From the human T2T-CHM13v2.0 reference genome, Homo sapiens: DNA of 64,000 nt. The first letter of the stretch is position 1. Every line of letters starts with the position of its first letter. This document shows, piece after piece, positions 59,628 through 64,000 of the stretch. Made by a program: the position numbers and the translations under genes. Below the pieces are notes generated by a model. It ran no database searches and had not been told where the DNA came from. It was given only the letters and a program-made list of their open reading frames with translations. The DNA is taken from assembly GCF_009914755.1 (NCBI RefSeq), contig NC_060931.1; one strand, written 5' to 3'.

Positions 59628-61666
59628 CTATCAGAAAGTAAAATTGATTAATTTCAATCAACCTGTTAATTTTTCCTAAAATATTTTTACATTCTTCTTA
59701 TTAGTATATTATTTAAGGATAATGAAAACAATAACCGAACTTTAAAATGAAATAATATATATATTTTTAAGTTTTCATTAAAGCAAATAGATATGTATTT
59801 CTCACTATACTCAAAAGTAAAAAGCCTCAGAAAAATTCCCTTACTTTCCTGAGGTCACACAGCTACTAGTTGCAGAGCCACAATTCCAACCAAGCCTCTC
59901 TGACTCCACTACCAGCATTCACAATTTCTCACGCTCCTTTGTGTTCTATTATTCCTTTACATCACAAGAAGATACAACACATATGTCAAAGCAGAAATTC
60001 TCAAGTATCTAGTGAGCATTTAAAAATTTCCAGCAAACGCTTTTAAAATAGAATAAAAAATTAAATTTGAATAAAGAAAATGAATTTTGAACTTTTAACT
60101 CTATAAGCCTTTTAAAATAGTTATGTAAATGTTTACATATTAAAATATACTTACAATGGTTCACAAATCACATTTTTTCCTATTAATGATAAAAGCTGGA
60201 TGCAAATCACATTTTAAATAACTTTTCTCAAAATAATTTACATTTTTTCCACAATGCCTTAATTAAGGGAGTTTTTTTAAAATAATTTAATTCTTTTAGA
60301 TATGTTGTTGCAATATTTGATACAACAGCCATGCAAGGTTAAAACTGGTATGCATTTTTGCTTCCCAACTCACATTTGGCCAATATGGTCATAAAATGTC
60401 CCTCAAAATCACTTATATTTTATTTCACCCCAACAATTTGTTGATGTACGTTCTTGAAATCAGCTTCAAAGATTTCAGGTAAGGTAAAATCAAGGACTGT
60501 TTCTCCATCTTCATTATCTATCATGTAGTAGCTACAATGTTATGTAAGCCATTTTTGAAACTCTTTCTAAAATGAGGTGGTTTAGGCTGTTCTGTTTTCT
60601 GACAGAAAGCCTGGACACTTACATTCAGGTGTTTTTTCTGTTGCAGACACAAACCTTTATTTGAAAGCTGTCAAAATGCAGCAATTTTCTAGATCATTTA
60701 AAAAATCATTTAAAAAAATAAATTTTCTAGGTTAAATAGAAATAGTACAATAGAGGACTTTCCTTCATATTTCTGCAAAACTGGTAAATATCCTAAAGCC
60801 ATTATTCAACAATACTAATTGGTTTTTTTGTTCAATAGACTTATAATCCACTAGGATTAATTTGAAAGATCTTAGACCTGGGAATATTTATATCTAAGTT
60901 TTAAAGTCAACTGCTGTGGCTTCCTTGGCCTAGATTTTCTGAGATATTATTACAATATTTTTCTGCAAGTCTGCATCACTTCACTCTGCTCCTTCGCTAT
61001 TGTTTTTATGTGGTTCCAGTGTGTTATTGTCTCACTACAAGTTATTACAGATTCATTTTTGGAAGTATGTGGGTATAAAAAAAACTGCCAATGTCATGGT
61101 GATATAAATCTGCATAATGAAAGTCTACTACAGGACTTTGATATCATTCTACAGGAAGGTGTGGAAAAAGATAAACTCCCTATTACCCAAAAATGGTAAC
61201 AAGATTATTTCCTTCCGACTGTAATTTTTGTTCAAATTATTTTAAAAAGTACTTTAGTAGGACAAAATGTTTCCAAAGAAACAGAAATCAGCAGCAGAGG
61301 CTAGAAGTGCTTAATGCATATGAGATGACATTGCATGAAATATTACCTAATCAGAGCATTTATTGAATTAATGTATTACAAAATGCTCTAAATAATAAAG
61401 CTCTAAAATATTATAACTGTAATGATCTAACAAATCCAAAAGTTTCTCAGAAAAATATGTTTTTGTAACATAAAAACAAATACAGTATATTTAAATTATT
61501 TTATTTGCTAATAATTTGTTTCCTTAAAATAGATGGAAAATACTTAGACAAATTTTCAAGCAGTGCAGCCAAAGTGGATCTCAATATACATGAGATGCTA
61601 TATTTTGTTTTGTTTTAATACAACAATTATTCTTCTGGAATATTAACAACAAAAGAATAAACTTAC

Positions 61667-61776
61667 AGAACCAGACAATGCCCCTGAAGTAAAGTTGATC
61701 ATAAATGTTGGCTCATATAAACCAGATTTCTCACATAACCACTTCTTTAAAATTTCATAGTTATACCAGTACATTG
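61667..61776 (-). CDS. SLC25A40: SLC25A40 exon (110 nt)
   Basis: CTGTTTTTATAG acceptor, GTAAGT donor; encodes (A)MYWYNYEILKKWLCEKSGLYEPTFMINFTSGALSGS; all four exons join in one frame. Confidence 0.95.
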
Positions 61777-62877
61777 CTATAAAAACAGAGAATGAAATGA
61801 ACACATATTTAGAAATAAAATGTGGACTTTAATAAAAGAGTTATGAGGTTATATATTCAGGGGATAGACAAATTCTAACCTTGACATACCTTGCTTTCTA
61901 CTTAGACACCCACTAGGGTGGGATTTCTTTTTTTAATGCAAAATTCTCAGTAATATTCTAGTAGTCCTATAAACAAAAAAAACTATGCATCAATAAAGTA
62001 GGACTATAATTCCAAAACCTGACAAGGACAACGGGACAAAGGAAAAAAGTAAAGGCCAATCTATTGATGATCATAGGTACAGACTTCCTAAAAATAATAA
62101 TAAAAAACAAACTGAAGTCAGAAATATTTCATAAAACATCATGTACTATGATTAAGTTGGGTTACCCCAGAAATGCAAAGGTATATAATACAAATCTTTA
62201 AATGTCATATTACCATGTTAACAAAACCATGGGATCATGTAATGATAATGAAAAAGCATCTGATAAAACGCAACACTCCTTCATTTAAAAGAAACAAATT
62301 TCTTGGAAACCTAGAAGTAAAAGGAAACTTCTTTAATTTGATAAAGAACATGCATCAAAAACCTATACCAAAAAATAATTATTAATGGTTAAATGAGATC
62401 TATTTTCTTTAAAATGGGAAAAATGATGGGGATGTTCATTATTGTCACTATAATTCAAAAATTCACTGGGCAGCAAGTAAGAAAGAAAAGTTATGATTAC
62501 AAATGATGATATAAAACAGTTCAATTTACATATATTTTTATATATATCCAAACCAAAAAAATAGTAAGACAAAGCAGAATTTATAACAGAATGTTAAAAC
62601 ATAGCTGGATACAAGCTAATAGAAAAAAATCAATTGCAACTGCACAAGCTACAAAGATTTAATTTTAAAAAATTAAAATAGAGCTTTAAAAATAGCTACT
62701 AAAAGCTGGGGGGCAGTGGGGGTATACCTATAACTAAATGTCAAAAAAAAAGAGATGAATACAACCTTGATGAAGAAAAACTTGAATCTCTCCTAAAACA
62801 ACTTCTTAAAGATTTATTATTAACATAAAGAGATGACATTCCTAGGGAAGAAAAATAAGGTGACATCAAGATTTTTC

Positions 62878-63040
62878 TTAGCCAAGCATGGTGGCACACG
62901 GCTTTGGTCCCAGCTACTCAGGAGGTTGATGTGGGAGGATTACTAGAGCCCTGTAGATAGATCAAGGCTACAGTAAGCCGTGACTGTGCCACTGCACTCC
63001 AGCCTGGGCAACAGAGTGAGACCCTGACCAAAAAACAAAA
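62878..63040 (+). mobile_element. Alu right arm (FRAM/AluJ)
   Basis: Right monomer only; TSD AAGATTTTTC. Confidence 0.85.
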
Positions 63041-63189
63041 GATTTTTCATAGAGCACTAATAATTCAGTTTGGTACTGGCCTGAAGTCAGAAACATTAAC
63101 CAGCGAAACAGATCCATGCATACATGAAAATGTTATATGACAGAGACGACACTGCAGATCCCTGAAGCAATTATGGTTATTCAATAGAT

Positions 63190-63552
63190 CAGGGGTCCAC
63201 GACCCCAGGGCTGAGGATTGGTACTGGTCTGTGTCCCATTAGGAACTGGGCTACACAGCAGGAGGTGAGCGGCGGGTGAGTGAGCATTACCGCCTGAGCT
63301 CCACCTCCTGTCAGATCAGCAGTAGCAATATATTCTCATAGAACTCTATTGTTAACTGCGCATGTGAGGGATCTGGGTTGCGTGGTCCTTATGAAAATTT
63401 AATGCCTGGTGATCTGAGGTGGAATAGTTTCGTTCTGAAACCAATCACACACGCGCTCATGCACACACACACACAGGCACAATTTTTCCAATCATGGAAA
63501 AATTGTCTTCCACAAAACCAGTCCCTGGTGCCCAAAAGGTTGGAGATCACTG
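63190..63552 (+). mobile_element. MER1B (hAT-Charlie) DNA transposon
   Basis: CAGGGGTCC...GATCACTG termini, internal ACAGCAGGAGGTGAGCGGCGGG...GAGCTCCACCTCCTGTCAGATCAGC, 8-bp TSD CAATAG(A/G)T. Confidence 0.9.
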
Positions 63553-64000
63553 CAATAGGTGATGTTGGGACAACCAGCTATCCATGTGGGAGAAAAATGA
63601 AATTGAAAACCTATTTCAGTCCAAAACCCCAAATCAATTATGAATAAATGAATGCCAATGAAACAGTGCCCAATCTTATTAATAACCAGGGAAATGCAAA
63701 TTAAAATGAGATACCACTTTAAATTATTAAACAAAAATTAAGACCTTTGACAATAAAAAAGTTGGAAAGGGTGTGAAGCAGCAGAAAATCTCTTACATTG
63801 CTGGTAGGTATGTAGATCATACAATCACTTTGGAAAAGAGTTCTATATTACCTAGTAAAATTTGAAATGTATGTATATCTATGAATCAACAAATCCAATA
63901 CTGGATAAACTTTCAAAGGTACACCAAGAAACTGATTAAAAATTTTCATAGCAGCACTGTCTTACTTGTTTACTCACATATAAACAAGTAAAAATGAAGA

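Larger units (their letters stand above)
62000..64000 (+). mobile_element. Decayed ancient L1M ORF2, interrupted by an Alu arm and MER1B
   Basis: Scattered ORF2 remnants (CCAAAACCTGACAAGGACA; GGGAAATGCAAATTAAAATGAGATACCAC; CACTTTGGAAAA). Confidence 0.7.

Overview
Human (or very close great-ape) genomic DNA, AT-rich and mostly intronic and repeat-derived; the locus is recognised from recalled protein sequences as 7q21.12. The + strand carries the last three coding exons and 3' UTR of RUNDC3B (25298-25444, 34066-34187, 47810-47955, UTR to ~50220). The - strand carries the last four coding exons and 3' UTR of the mitochondrial carrier SLC25A40 (61667-61776, 59546-59627, 54655-54735, 54174-54286, UTR to ~51490). 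The two genes converge tail-to-tail about 1.3 kb apart. The rest is L1 (several ages), Alu, L2, MIR, MaLR/ERV LTRs and DNA-transposon relics; nearly all ORFs in the supplied track are repeat-derived. I see no convincing wholly new biological system. The best leads are a terminal RUNDC3B exon that begins with a perfect 5' splice site and has a strong acceptor 550 nt downstream, in-frame tandem donors, a datable templated insertion and several palindromic template-switch scars, a tiny young L1 insertion, and back-to-back poly(A) signals between the genes. Repeat subfamily names come from remembered consensus features, not from a database search.
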